Source of the DNA: Marsupella aquatica
Lineage: Eukaryota; Plantae; Marchantiophyta
Assembly (NCBI GenBank): GCA_973895155.1
Contig: OZ316898.1
Coordinates: 18,921,292-18,985,291, forward strand
DNA length: 64,000 bases
Direction: 5' to 3'
The position numbers were made by a program, and so were the translations under genes. Position 1 is the first letter of the stretch; the number at the start of each line of letters is the position of its first letter. The notes beneath the pieces are model-generated. The model had not been told where the DNA came from. It ran no database searches and was given only the letters and a program-made list of their open reading frames with translations. Of this stretch, positions 14,858 to 28,917 are shown piece after piece.

Positions 14858-14944
14858 AGTAGACACCATACTTGAATGGACGCTCAAGTTTTTGTAAAGC
14901 AAGTAGACACCATACTTGAATGGACACTCAAGTTGTTGTAAAGC
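14858..14944. repeat. Tandem duplication, 2 x ~43 bp
   Basis: aagtagacaccatacttgaatggac(g/a)ctcaagtt(t/g)ttgtaaagc occurs twice. Confidence 0.9.
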
Positions 14945-17900
14945 CAATTCCATTTATTTTCACTCACTGTACAATCCAATTTAATCCCAAACGGAATAAA
15001 AGAGCAATGGGCCTGATCGTCTAGAGATAATCCCAAAGTAAAACTGCCCAACATCTTGTAAAATCCACCCTTAGTTGCCTCTTGTGAGGAGTACGTTTCC
15101 TGTTCACGTTGTTGCCTGAACCACTAATTCTATGGAGGGCAGTGGCACCCACCACCAATTGCTGAATGCCCGAATTCCATTCTCATATGACACTCTAACA
15201 TGCACATAACTCACTGCATGACCTTATGCGGAAAAGACACCATCTCCTCACCTTGTAGAGAGCAAACAGAGCTAACAGTTGTCGCCACGACATTTACTCC
15301 TCCTCTTGTGGTGCATTGATAGCTGTTGGGGAGACCAGCTCAATTTAAAAGGTTTTTCCTTTTTTAAGCCAGAGTGGCTAATGTCATCGTTAGTGGAGTC
15401 TGAAGATTCTTCCTTATATATTTTCCCTAGATCAATATTTTTTGTTAGCTCTCCATGGATATGAAGAGAACCGCCAAATTCTGGCAAAGGGGTTCCATGG
15501 CTAAGTGGAAAAACTGGATAGTCAAAGACTACAAATCTGGCTAATTTCTGCCAAAAGTGGCAAATGCTTTTCAGTGGGGTGAAATTTGGCAATGTTTTGT
15601 ACTTCAAAAATTACTTGTGGCAGACCCTTTCCCTGTGCAGATTTTGGGGCCATTTCAGGAAAAGGAAGGAAGAGTGGCACAATTCGTTTCAAGTCCAGTA
15701 GATGCTCCTGAAAGAGGAGACGGCTCAAACCACAAATGATGGATGGTGCATATGGCTTCCCCATTTTGGGGGGTTTCCTGGTTGAAGATCAAAGTACTTT
15801 ATAGGGATTTTACTTTTTAAGAAAGGGTGACTAATGTTACCTCCTGAGGAGAACATGCTAAGAATATTCAATAGAATCTTCATTAATTTATGACACTTTA
15901 GATCTCCCTAGATCTAAAGACAAAGGTCAAATTCTGGCTAATGGTTCTGTGAATAGGTGATAACTTGCCTATCCAAGAAAATTCTTGGAATTGTTATAAT
16001 TAATCTAGGGGAGCACTTTTGGCAAAACAAAACACGGGCAAAGTTTGCCAAAAGTGGCAAAAACTCTTTGGTGAAGTGGAAATTTGGCAAATTCTCACCA
16101 AAAAATGTTGGTAACTATGTGCATTGTTTATAATTTGCTTCACTCGATCTTCATCACTGCAATGAGTGCGATACATACCTTAGTCATAATTTGGTTTTTG
16201 CAGATGAGGAATAATTTCAATGAAAATTGGAGCCCAATATAAAACCTTGACCTCTCAGAATTGGTGGGCTGGAAGCTATGCAGGCAGTGTTGGGAGAGGG
16301 CCAGGAAATTGAACTTCAGCACAACAAACCCCAAAAACTTTGCATGAAGCTAAATGCGCAAATGCATGTTTTGGCTAAGTATCACTATTGTACCTTCAAT
16401 TTGTACTGGACTGCTGTATACTTAGACAGGGTATGTTCATTTTTGGTATGTGATACACAGGAAGGCTCTTGCTTTCTTTATTCGAGGCAACGATGTGCAT
16501 AACTTTGTTGTGGCAATGTGGCTTTTGCCCACTTCTTGATACTGTTAGTCTTCCACTTTCCATGGTTGACTAGGATTGGGCTTTGGTCAAGCCCATTAAT
16601 AGGAACACAAAGCATGGCTGCCTGACTCAAATGCAAAGATTCGTGGGTTGAGGGTTGAGTGAGGGCCCCATCTGCAAGCTGATTGTGGTACGGCCATCAG
16701 CCCATTACGCTCAATGAGACAACTGAAGTCTACATTTTTGCTTTTCAAATTAGGGAACAATGACCAAAATATCTAGACCTAGATTTGACTTTTACTCAAC
16801 AATTAACATTGCTTGACATCAAAAGTCTCTGAAGCATCCTCAAATAAGCATTGTACAAGTTTTTTCACGATCCACAAACACAACCTTAAATTTACCCAGG
16901 GACAGAAAATGTCAATAATTATTTAAATAGTTATTGTGACAACCTCTAAGGTATACTTTGGCCAGTTTGTCCATGAGCCTTGTCCGGTGGTGCTGGTGTT
17001 TCAACTTTCAACCCACCATTGATTTCTGAAATAGGCAAAGTAATGTGTTTGATTTGATCCAAATTTAGGAGATCCAAGGGCATCCCACCACCTGGCTAGG
17101 GCGATGCAAATGGTTTGGGGTCCCACCTAAGGCTTTATTTTCCTTTATTAACAGGCCCTATATACCTCCGTAGCCCTTTACACATATAGATGTGTCCTTT
17201 TAAGTACAGTACAGAACATGCTAATCACCAGGGGCAGGGCCTCTCAAACCTCGATGGTAAATGATTTCTTGGCTATTACTAGATGTAAGCAGACTGATAT
17301 GAAGCCTGACTCGAGCCCTGACTTTGAGTTGTGCCCTCGGTTAGAGGATCCATTCTAGACAATATGCCCAAGAAGTAGCTTATGATTGCACCTTATTAAT
17401 CAAACAATAATTATTTTGAATTAATTTTTTCCAATCTGTTTAGGGCCATAAGCAAAGTCGTAAGACCTTCATTAGTTTAGCAATAAATCTACTTATGGCT
17501 ACTTTATGTGCAAGGAGATCCGCTAGTTTTTTGCACATGTGGTCTGTGGCTAGGTCAGAAAATAGCTAATCAAAGACAAGAGACATGGGATTTGTTGCCA
17601 AAAATGACAAAAACTTTCAAGTGAGGTGGAACCTGGCAAAAATTTGTGACTAAAGAAGACGCTGGTCCTCATGACTACCTTAGCCGCAAACTTGCTCTAA
17701 GCATGGTATTGAAGTGCCTGATGGCTCACATGTTTAATGGGAAGGCCGGGATTTGGCACAGCTGTGTGATGAGTAACACTATCTTCTGGCAGCATGATTA
17801 AGGTAAAGTTGTCACCTTATTAAAGAGTTTCCTTTGGTACCAAGTTTGACAAAACATTCCCTAAGACTTTCTCCCTGGAACTGAACGTTTCAGTATTTTT

Positions 17901-18648
17901 TTATTTCAGCTTTTAAGTATCTTGCCACACAGTGGTTCTCTTCTGAGGGTCCCTCTTTTCCCCCTATTCCTTGCCCCCTCTTTTGGCAAGCCGGTTGGGA
18001 GGTCCCTTCTCTTCTCTCTAGGAGTGCTCCTTCTATCAGCTTCCTTAATTGGTTTTTCTCTCCCCTGTCCTCCTTCTCCTCAGGCAGGGTCCTTGTTTTC
18101 GGTTCCTTGGAATAAAGGTGTGCATTTTTACTCTCCCCCCTCCCACTTAATCCTGTTTCTTAGTATGCATAATTCTGCCACAATTTTTTAATGTGGATAC
18201 CACACAACAAGAAGGGTACTTGGAAAAATATTTCATTAAGGTAATCATATATGACAATAGTGGCAATATTTTATTATTTATTTTCACTTTATTCCGCGTG
18301 AAAGCCACGGATGGTGTGGGGAGATATCAGATCAAGAAAAACACTCCAAACATACACTTGCTCAATAGTTACGTGGTTCGCCTCAAGGTTGGCTACGTCC
18401 ACGGGAAGACAAAGCTTTATTAATGGTTATGTGTCTACTCAAACATCATCATAGCTTTCATTTCTTCAAGCTCTCATCTCTTGTTATATGCTATGTATTC
18501 TCTCTCTATGGGGAGAGTTCTCTTGTGTGTGTTCTCACACCACATAGAACTTGGAAAGATAAGGACCAATCTTCAACTAGGGTTAGAGTAAACCCTAGTT
18601 AACATACTAACCACCATAGTTCAACCCAAGACTGAGTTAACCTCTACA

Positions 18649-19430
18649 GATGGGAGAACGCGCAGGTCACAAACGGCAAAACAACATCCAGGGGATGAAA
18701 AAAGGGCACAAAGAGCCCACAAAGGAACTACAAGTAGGGACAGGGCACCCAAAAATCTGCCCAAGCACCCCAACTTAAACAAGCTGTACGCAAAGTAGCA
18801 CAGGATTGCCATTCCCTATCACTCAAACAAAGCAAACCTGGACACAGAAAAGGCAAGCAGGGTAGCAAGTCCTAGGTGAGATGATAACAGCAGAGTCAGT
18901 CAGCAGAGTCAGTCCACAGAGTCAGAGTATCTGGTGGCAGAGACCAAGGAATCCATCCAAGGTAAGTGGTGCTCAGTATCATCAATCACGAAAGTGGAGT
19001 CACTAAATCAGCCAGCCAAAGGAAAAACCTAATCAGAGACATTGCTCTCAGGAGAGCAAGAGAGGCCTGGAACAAAGGGTTAGAAGACGAGCACGTTTGC
19101 AGCAAGCTCTTCTCTTGCCCTATGTAGTCTCACCCGCCGATTCCCCGCGACAGCAGCCGCACCCACAGCAGACAGGTGGTTAAGAGCTTCAGCAAGAGTC
19201 TTGTTTTGGTTAAGGCTGGGCGATTCCTAAGTGTGAAGGTCTGCCCATTCCGTGCAAGCCAAATGGTCCACAGTACCTGGTAAATCAGATAGAGCTGGAG
19301 GGTATTAGGGAACCTAGATCTCAGGCAGGTGCCCAGCAAGTTCACAAGTTTAAACCCCAGTTCGATGCATTCACCATTCAGCCAGTCGTGGGTAATCAGC
19401 CAACACTGGTCGGCATATGGGCATGCAATA
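18649..19430 (-). mobile_element. 5'-truncated L1-like LINE remnant (C-terminal zinc-finger region plus 3' UTR)
   Basis: Minus strand reads IACPYADQCW...LYLIYQVLWTIWLARNGQTF, the typical CxxAxxxW...WxxWxxRNxxxF end of plant L1 ORF2. The 3' part is shared with 12766-13050. Confidence 0.65.
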
Positions 19431-20039
19431 TTCTAAATATTGTAAGACAATAGCAGCATTGTAATTTCAAATCAATCTAGTGCCATTATAATGAAAAACT
19501 TTCCTTTATTTATTGCACTAACCTGAACAGCCCTACCCTTGAAACTAAAGCCCGGATGAACCTCCATTTTGTATATGAAGCCCAGATGGACTGGGAAAGC
19601 TTGGATGGACTTGCTCAGAACATTTAAACTGACTTAGATGACATTGTTTACACTGTTGACTGAAGTGTGACCTGTAAATGATCTCCGTACCGGTTACAGC
19701 CTGTTTCAATTACATTACTCCACCGGTTTCCTGGGTAACTTGACTACTTGACTACCTTGAACCCTGAAAGATGTCAATAAGTCATGTCATTACTCATGAT
19801 CACCATGAACTCTTGATTACTTTCTCCCCAAGGTAGTCAAAAGTGTAACTGCAATTCACAACCGGTTCGTTTTTCTTTTTGGTGTAAAAGCAATGATCGT
19901 TTTACACTGTCCGTGGGATGGGCAGAGACATTGGTGCATCCGGCTTTTGTTTCCCTTGACAAACAATGTCTAAGTGAAATATATCTTATCGAGTAAGGAG
20001 TACTTATCATGTAAATAATGGCTTCCTTCGATTGAGTCC

Positions 20040-20310
20040 TCGCCCAGAATTCCTGAACCCTTCCAAATCAGGCGTCGGCCCGTTACACAGGCAGAACAGG
20101 GGCACGCGAGTCAAGAGTATCATATAAAATCCAGTCCGAGCTCAAATGGCAGCCGAAAAGTTGGGCGAGAGTCCCCGCCCAGGATTCCTGAATCCCCTCC
20201 CCAAAAAAAGGCGCCTGCCCGTTGCAGAGGAATACGGAGGCACGCGACTCCAGAGCATCGTATCGTATAAAATCATGAAATCCAGTCCCAGTTGAATGGG
20301 CAGCCAAAAG
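20040..20310. repeat. CpG-rich tandem duplication, 2 x ~135 bp
   Basis: cgcccag(a/g)attcctgaa...ggcg...cccgtt...ggcacgcga...tataaaatc...aatgg.cagcc.aaagttg occurs twice. Confidence 0.75.
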
Positions 20311-21411
20311 TTGTGCGAGTGACTGAGTGAGCGACGGTTTGGTGTGCGGTGGGTGAGCGGGAAAGTCGACTCCTCTACAGTGTATTTACCGTGCTGGTGC
20401 AATAAAATTCAGTTGACTTGAGTTGGAGTTGGGGGGGGGTGTGGCGCAGACACCATAAAGAGTTATTCAGTGCTAATTAGGCTCGCCCTAAAAACAATTA
20501 CTTTAATCCATTTTTGGCGCTCCACTAAAAAATGGGACTCTTTCCAAAATGGTGTGCTTGAAACGACAATCTGTCGCGCATAAGTGCACTGGGTATAAGT
20601 GCATTCTGTGATTAACTGCATAACTGCAGGCATGCTGTGTAGTCCACTAATATTACAATACTCTCCTTTCGAAAATGCACCGTGCATAAATGTAAGTGAA
20701 CCCTCTCCAAACTATAAATGTATATGTGCATTTTTATAAGTGTACACATGGAATGCACACATAAGATGCATTTATTGATAAGTTTAATAGACAATTACAT
20801 AAAGAAGTTCTACGGACTTATCCAGTTGACACATGTAATCTACAGGCTCAGGATATAATAGAGCCTAACAAGTGACTTGACAACTTATTAGGAAGTGCAA
20901 CCTTGCACTATAGGGAAGTACATAAAGCATATCCCATATATTTATAATGTTGAAAACAGGTTTGGGATAGTGAAGTGAAGTACTGGGAAAACGATTGGCC
21001 GCTACTGAAGTGAAGTACTAGAAAACTGGACTGAATTTTTGTTTTGGGAAGTCTGGAAACAAGTACAAATGACAATGCAATTGAGAATCTGGAACCAATT
21101 TACTATTATAGAGTAAAGGCATGAAAACACTCAAGTTGAGATTGTGCAGGAGCGCAGATGCACTCGTTGAGACTGTAAACATGTCTTTCAAAGCACGAAA
21201 GGAGAAAATCACTAATGCCTCAAGGGTCTAGATGGGAAACTATGTGAGGCACATCTAAGCTATCTAGAGGAAAGCCATCAGATCTTCGAAGATCTGGCCA
21301 AATCCAACTCCACCTAGACACGGATTTTGGCAAATCCAGCTACAGCTGAATGCAGATTTCAGTTACTTGGACTTATGTATCCCCTTAGTTTGTATGTGCA
21401 TCGTCCAGTAA

Positions 21412-21521
21412 TTGTTGGAGGACGTAACATTTTGGCCAAAAGTAGCCAACCTAAAATTCACTGCTTTGTTGGAGGACGTAACATTTTGGCCAAGATTAGC
21501 CAACCTAAAATTCACTGCTTG
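21412..21521. repeat. Tandem duplication, 2 x ~55 bp
   Basis: ttgttggaggacgtaacattttggccaa....tagccaacctaaaattcactgctt occurs twice. Confidence 0.9.
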
Positions 21522-21614
21522 CCCTCCTTGGGCCACAAGAAAAGGGGGCCCAGCATTATGGAGTGAAGAGAAGTAGACTTTTGAAAGCTTTCCTCACTTT
21601 TGAAAGCTTTCTTC

Positions 21615-21927
21615 ACTTTTCTGTCTCATTAGCCAGTGTCCCACCTAATTACAGGCCCCCTTAGCCAGAATAGAATGGTCACCCTTAAATCTAGGGAGAT
21701 CTGACGGCCAGAAAAACAATTAGATAAAGAATATTTTAAGCATCTTCCCCTTCGCCCAGTGTACATGGGCCTCATCCACATTGCCACATTGGCCTCATCC
21801 ACAAATTTAGGCAGATCTGACAGTCAGGAAAATAATTAGATAAAGAATATTGTGAGCATCTTCTCCTTCACACACAGTGAACATTGGCCACTGGCGAAAA
21901 AGTGAAAACCTTAAAAGAAATAGGCTG
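21615..21927 (+). repeat. Copy of the dispersed MITE-like family (internally duplicated)
   Basis: ctgtctcattagcca...ccttaaatctagggagatctga...agcatcttc...aaaagtgaaa.ccttaaaa is shared with 29897-30080. Confidence 0.7.
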
Positions 21928-23906
21928 AAGAGGAGTGGAGAGGCAAACCATCCGAGGCGAAACATCCGCCTGTGCTGCCCCGGTCTGCCCTATCCGAGGC
22001 GAAACATCTGCCTGTGCTGCCCGGGTCTGCTCTGCCCGCGCGCCGGCCACAGTGGGCCTTCTGGGTGCTGGTCAAGGACGAGATCAGGACTTTTCTTTGT
22101 GGGCCGGAGAAGGCAGAAAAGAAAAGAAAAAACGGGAGAGGGAAGGCCGCTGCCCGGCTCCGCCACTGAGAACGCACGCGCTTGTACTCTCTTCTGCGTG
22201 GACTGCTTCGTGGGTAGCCCAGAGCGGACCGGACCAGAGCAGACCAGAGCAGACCGGATCGGACCGAACTGGACCGGACCAGAAAGAATGAGTAGGCAGA
22301 CTGACTGACTTACTGACTGAATGACTGACTGACTGACAGGCCGATCACTGACTGGCGAGTGACGCGAGTGACGCGAGTGAGAGCGACAGGGGCAGCAGCC
22401 CAGCCCATTCCAGCAGCGAGAGTTTGTTGAGGAGGGGGCAGTCAATCTCTTCGCTAATCGACTATTCCATTCTCGAGTTAGAAGTTTAATAAGGCATATT
22501 ACAATAATAGTAGTGGGCAGTGGAGTGGAGTGGAGTGGAGTGGAGAGGAGGCGCTGTAGAGGAGGGAGAGAGAGGGAGAAAAGAGGGACGCGGGAGGGGA
22601 GGGGAGGCCCCACAAGGGTAAACAAACAACATGCTGGGACGGAGGAGGAGGAGGAAGAGGACCACGTGTAGTACTAGGTGGCTGCTGTCTGGTTGGGTTG
22701 TTCACGCTGTTTATGGGATTTGGGTGAGCGAGAGAGTGATGAGTGTGAGAGTGTGAGAGAGAGAGAGAGGGAGTAAAGCGTATCATTCCGTTGTTTGACA
22801 GCGTCCTTAGTTTGTTTCGAGAGAACGAGAAGAACGAGGAGAACGAAGAGACCGAAGAGCAGCGGACGAAGAAGGGAAGGGAAGGGAAGGGACGCGTAAG
22901 TGGGCGAGGGATTGGGCTTTTCAAAGCTCGGCTTGGGTATGATCGGAAGGTTGCTTTGACTCGCTGGCTGACTGTGGGTCTGCGGGAAGGTGGGAATTTT
23001 GGCTTTGGTGTCGAGAAGGTCGTGGCGAAATCAAGAAGGGGGCATTGGAGAATCGGAGGAGAGGCAGGGAGAAGGAAGGGTGGTGCGGCTCTGATTGACT
23101 CACTTGACTCACTGCTTTTCGGTTTAGCATCTTGAATTGAGGCGAATTCCGGGAGTATTGCTTCTGTGTGCGTGTGTGTTTGTGGGTGTTGGGGTGAGGT
23201 GAGGAAGACGAGGACGAGGAGGATTTCGAGGAGTAAGAGTAGGGGGTGGAGGAGGAGTTTGTTTGCAATTCTTCATTGGCGTGACGGAATCGGACAGCAA
23301 GGAGCAGTAGGAGCAGGAAATGGCCGGGAAGACGAGGGTTGGTGTGATTCGTAGAAGATGATGGAGGTTTGACCTCCTCATTTTCTCCCTGGTGCACACC
23401 TCTTGTTGACAGCCAGCAGTGTTGTCAATTCGAGCGCCAGTCACATCGCATTCATTTGTTCCTCCCTTGGTATACGTACCAGTGCATAAAAAAGCAGCAG
23501 CAGCTAAAGCAGGAGGAGCAGCAGCAGCAGCAGAAGGAGGAGCGACGAGAACATGTCGGTGGGAGAGTTCTTTACTGTTAGTTAGGACGTCCCTTGTCAC
23601 CCCTCCATTGGATTCTCTGGGAATTCCAGCAGCGTGGTGATCCTTGGTGTGGGGGGTGGGTTGGGTGGAGGTAGCGGTAGGAGAGAAGGCCTGGCCGATC
23701 ACAGTGGTTGATCTTTCGTTGCAGATTGAGGGAGTGGAGGAAGGATCCACTTAGCAGCCAGCCGAGTAGACTCTTCACGACGAGGGTCTGACTTGAGATC
23801 CGGGGATGGTAAGCTGATCAGGGACTGAGATAGACAGACAACACAACAACTGGTGGTACGAGGGGTAGTAAACTAGCTGGTGTACGAGGCTGAAGGAGGC
23901 GGACTG

Positions 23907-26900
23907 ATGGTGGAAGCCATGAACACATGGCGAAGCTTCATGGAGCGTTCGGGAGTCGATATTTGGACCGTCATCGAGCAGTCCATCATTTTGGCTCACA
24001 CTGACCATTTCGACCAGCTCCGCTTGAGAAGAGATGGTTTTGCAGAGCTCATGTTTGCCCCTCGCATCCCAAAGGGCTCTGACGGTGGCTCTGTTCGCAA
24101 AGTCTCATCAGAAAAGGCCAGCGCTAGCAGGGGAGTGTACAAAGGGAGGCACGAGGACAATGAGGACGTAGAACGGGTGCCCCAGCATGTGACGGAGGAG
24201 GAGGACGACGAGGAGGACGAGGAAGAGGGCCATGGTGACGGTGCCCATAAAGAAGAACCGAGGGAAATAGTGCAAATCGACAGCGAGTACGAGGATGATG
24301 AACATGTTGCACAGGACGCAGTTCCCCAAGACCCTTTCGATGAGGATGTGGAGGCCTTGACGGACGATATCGAAAGGGAGAAGCTTCTCATGAAAGAAAT
24401 TTATTCCATTAAGAACAACATCGACAGCCTCCCCCAAGGCCGTTTCATGGTCAGTTTATTCAGTGCCCATTTCAACATGTTGGTCAATTCGATGACGGAA
24501 TCGCATGATTCAACCGTTGTTCACATACACCGTAGCTCAGCTGGCAACAGTCGTTCTGCACTGTTTGTCGACTTCCGGCCTTACATTTCAAAGTTGCGCA
24601 TGGTGTGGTTGTAGAAGCCTTCCGACCGTAGACGATAGAACGAGAACTCCTTTCATAGATTCTGTTGGAGCGTTCTGACCTTTCTTTAAAGAAGGAGAAG
24701 TTCGTTCGTATTGTCTTGGGCAGTGTCTATGGTACTCCAGAGGCCGTGGATGTATACGGGTCTGGACAACGACGAGAGTTAGGCAGCTCTTCTGATGATC
24801 GGTTGCATTCTGGAATAGGGGAGATTTCAAATGCGAGAGGTTGAATTGAGAATTCGAATTGTTATGGGAAGAATGACCCTTACAAAGAACAGAGAGGAAT
24901 TAGAGAGCGTGAATGACCTAAATGTACTGACCATCGACTTCGTCTGACTGCAGCCTGAGGAAGAGGCGATGGACATCCTATACAGGGTCCAAGAGTTGAA
25001 CATCTCGGTGAATGCGCTCAAGGTACGCCCAGTTCCGTCTGCTGTGCGAATCTTGGTTGTTCTGACTTCAGACTGGGGACGAAAGGCGAGGTTTTGATCT
25101 GTATCTCTCATGGTGTGACGGTTGTGGTTTGGACCATCGTAATGTGGTAAATATCCTCTTGTGCAGGATACGAGTATCGGGAAATCGATAAGCAGATACC
25201 GCAAGCATCCGAGCCAAGCCGTAAAGGCCAAGGCGAAGGAGATCGTCAGGTATTTGCGCACCCATGGGTTTTCTACGTACCTTCTGATCAGCTCATCCAG
25301 CAAATTGGTGCAATTGGCGCGTGTTGGGCATCGCCTGGAAAATCCTGGTTTCGTGTGCTTGCTGGGAAAATTCGGGACAAGTTGACCTAGTGTTCTGGGA
25401 GGGATTGCTGACAATTTATTGTTTCCTTCGGCAGCTCCTGGAAGGAACTTGTCGATGAGTACTACGAGAACATGCCCGCTCTCTCGGCGTCTGCAAACGG
25501 TACGTCGAAATTTGCTTACAGTTTTGGGGTATGGGTAATACTGGTTCGTAGCAGGGTCTTCCAACCCTATTTGAGACGTACTCTACATGTCATGCTCATT
25601 CTGGATGCGCTGTATCTTTTTCAGAGGATGCTGTTCTTGTGGGTGAACAGGAGGTTGGCCTGCCCTCCCCTCCCCTTGATGTGGGTGGTTTGATGGCCGC
25701 GCGGACGGTGGAAATATCAGAGGTATGTCAATTAACTCCTTGATCCTAAGTACTTCAGACTCCATTGATGATTGGTAGTACATATGGGCAAGGGATAGGG
25801 TGTGTAATTCTTACAAATTGCCAGTTTGCCTCTTCAGATATGTTGAATTTGTCATAGAGATGGAAGGAGTAAGACTTAGCAATTGTCTCAATTCTGCCAT
25901 CTTCCATCCTCTCTACTGACTGAACTGGGCCTGTTCTTCGGTCATTGGTGGTGCAGATTTTTAGCTTCTCGGAGTCTGACCTATGTAAGTAACCTTCTTT
26001 CTGTTTTGGAACCATCATGGAGCATATCCTTCGCTTCCTGGATCCATGTCTTGACACACCCTTGATCTTTAGGAGCAGGTTGATTATATTTTGAAGCACT
26101 TCTTATCGAGAACTCTAATTGCGCAGATGTTTTTGGCTTATGCTGACTTCGTTCTTTTGCATTGGATGAGCAGCGGCAGCTTCTGGTCCAAGTCCGGCCT
26201 CGGACGGCCTATCCGTTCACCGGAGTGGAAGGATATCAAGCAGCAGTCCTGACCAAGAACTAGCGGCACGGGGAGCAGCGGGCGTGGCAAGAGTGCTCAA
26301 AGTAGATAAACATCGCCCAGTGCACGTGGAGGGCAAGGCAGATCAAAGCAATGCTACTACTTCTAGTGGTAGCATCAGAAAGGGGCATAATATGTCAAGT
26401 GGAGTCAGGCCAAACAGTGGAATGAATGGTGCGGCAGTTACCAGGATGGCTGCAGGTCCCAGTGCCCCTCAAAGACAACAACAGAGTGCAGGTGCTGTGA
26501 GGAAATCAGATTCACGGCCGACACCTAGTGTGGGTGGTATCAGACCGAGAGTAGAATCCACCAAGCCAGGACTGGCAACAGTAAGAATCTCAATTTGGCC
26601 ACCAACCTTTGATGTCCTTTTTCAAAGGTCAAACCTTGTCTGCGCCCTAAATTTTTGCTATTCTGGGAGCTTAATCGTCATTCAGCATATGTGGTGGTGA
26701 AATTTTTATTGCTAAGTGCATCCAGCCATCATGGTGTAGGGGTACATTGCGCTTCTCCTTCCTTCTGTTTTGATTTTTCAAGTGAGTTCCAGCAGATGGC
26801 TTGCTGATATTATGTAAATTGTCTGGTTCTTCTACCTGCAGAAGCCTGAGTCCTTTTCCAACGATGTGAACGCAAGAATGGAGGCGTCGAAAAGAAAACT

Positions 26901-27187
26901 GCATGCAAATTATATGATGATCGAAAACGGTTGGCTTGACTTCCCTACCATTTCTCCTCTGGAAGGATTCATTCTGACCTTTGATGATTAACTTCGTCTT
27001 TCCCTTGTCCTTGTTTGCCATCACAAAAGTCCTTATGAGGTTGCTCATATCGAGTTATTTGCTGTGTTTGTTGGCTGCAGCAAAGAAGCAGCGCACAGTG
27101 CAACCGCTGGAGTTGACAGAGTTACCTAAGGGGGGTCCAAAGCCACAAAGGCCTGGACTACATCGTGGCTGGCTTAAAGCGAAGTGA
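23907..27187 (+). CDS. MED26: Mediator subunit 26-like / TFIIS N-terminal domain protein, 9 exons (~23907-24449, 24954-25022, 25167-25249, 25435-25499, 25625-25722, 25957-25984, 26174-26580, 26842-26929, 27081-27187)
   Basis: Contains the N-terminal WRSFM...DIWTVIEQSI...LRLRRDGFAELMF block, an acidic linker, the TFIIS-N domain (LNISVNALKDTSIGKSISRYRKHPS...SWKELVD), LPSPPLD, and C-terminal MEASKRKLH...ENAKKQRTVQPLELTELPK. GT-AG sites give consistent phases. Confidence 0.85.
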
Positions 27188-28917
27188 GGACCATATGCGG
27201 CTACAGAGCTGGTTACTGTCAATCGACTGCCTTTGATTTTCTCTGATGCTACTTTTCAGGGATCGTGCAAGCAAATTAGTGAGTGTACAGTTAGGCGGAA
27301 GCTTGCGAATGGTCCATTGAAGCCATTTTCGCAGAACTATATTGCCGTGACATCTTGGGTCCCCGCAAAAAGCCCTATCCGAGCTGGTTGATGCCCATCA
27401 CGATCAGAAATGAGGCACCGAATGTGATTTGATGTATAGATACGATGCATTTTGACCGGGACCTCTTCATTTCTACATCCAAGATGTTTTTTGGGTCCGT
27501 TCGAAAATCGACTTCTGAGCTGTCTGGGGCCCTCATCCTCAGAAATAGGTTGCCTGAGGGTGGTGATATTTGTAGATAAAACAGGTTTTTGCTGAAACAT
27601 GCTCACATCTGTGTCACGGTGAACGACTCAAGTTGGTTTCTCAGTTGTATGGAGCTATCACGTGATGTTCAGGAAAAGGGGTTGCGGAGGTTATCTTATT
27701 ATGTAGATACAGCGGTCCTTGCCCGAGGCATCCTGATTTCCAGGACACTTTTTGAAATGCTGCTGCTCACTCTGCGCCAAGCATTGTTTTGTGGTGGCTC
27801 TAACGGATCTGACTGCTTCAAGTTTTCGTCAGATTTATTCCCGTCTTCAGAAGTCGTATCAACAGTGCAATTCATGGAATTGCTGTGGCTTCAAGGTGTA
27901 GCAGCCAGCCCCTTCCGTCATATAAGTAGGTACTTAAAAACCCCCAGCAATTGGGACGATACTCTTCATCCGTCTTATCACCACCATAAAATTCTATTCC
28001 ATTCATTCATTCTTTTCCTAGTGTCGAACCGACATCGATTTGCGAAGGTTTCATGCAGAAATCTAGAGGAGAGTTTGAAGTGCAATTCACGTTAGTGCCC
28101 GCCCTGGTTGAGCCAAAGTGAGACATTTGTACAAGTAATGCGCCCACGGGTGTTCGTTAACTATGAATTATCAAGAAACTCTTTTTCCTCAATACTATGG
28201 TTTGAGCTTAGAATACTTGCATGACATATGCCTTTGATTGACTTTGTTATGCCCTTTTACATGCTTTGAGAACTTTCCAATCCCGCGCTGAAGTTGACTT
28301 GCCATGTCTAGGCTCATAATTGCGTACTACTGCTTGCCTCTGCTTCAAGTTGATTTTAATATATTTCTGATTGTAGTATATTTGTTTTGTTGACTTTCAC
28401 AAGTTCGATGCAAGTTGTGCTTGACTGGAAAGCTGAACCAGGTTCCTTTCTCAAGGTCCACGTTCAAAGATGGTCGTATTGAGTTGTTCATATGGAGTCC
28501 AGAAGTGTTTAGTTGACTGTGATTATTAAATTCTGGCAAATATTCTATTGTTCTAAAGATAGAGGATTGCAGAACCCAGATCCTACATGGAGTATCCTCG
28601 ACTCTTAATTGCTCTTTCAGATTTGGCTGTTAGAAATTGGAAAAGAAAAGCTCCATTCTATAGTCTCCAAGAAGTGAAGTAAATGGTTTTCAAACTTGAT
28701 CCGAACTGTTTGGAATCCTCAGTCCTGACTCTACCTCTGCACGTGACTTTTTCACATACTGTAGAAGCTGAGCGTTCCTTCTTCGGTCCCCTAAAAGTCG
28801 CCTGAGGGCAGTCTCCTAACTGTCCAACCTGAATATGCCCAACAAGACCAGGAAATTGTCGGTATGGACCAAATCAACAAACAGTGTGAAACTTCTATTA
28901 CGGTACTCAACTGAGAG

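Noticed and set aside
21868-23778. Many overlapping 60-210 aa ORFs on both strands
   Set aside because: GC-rich microsatellite leader sequence with no domain signatures.
24827-25564. 245-aa minus-strand ORF
   Set aside because: It is antisense to MED26 exons 2-4 and introns and has no recognisable motif.
27589-28095. 168-aa ORF downstream of MED26
   Set aside because: Non-ATG start, no motif, and located in the probable 3' UTR or flank.
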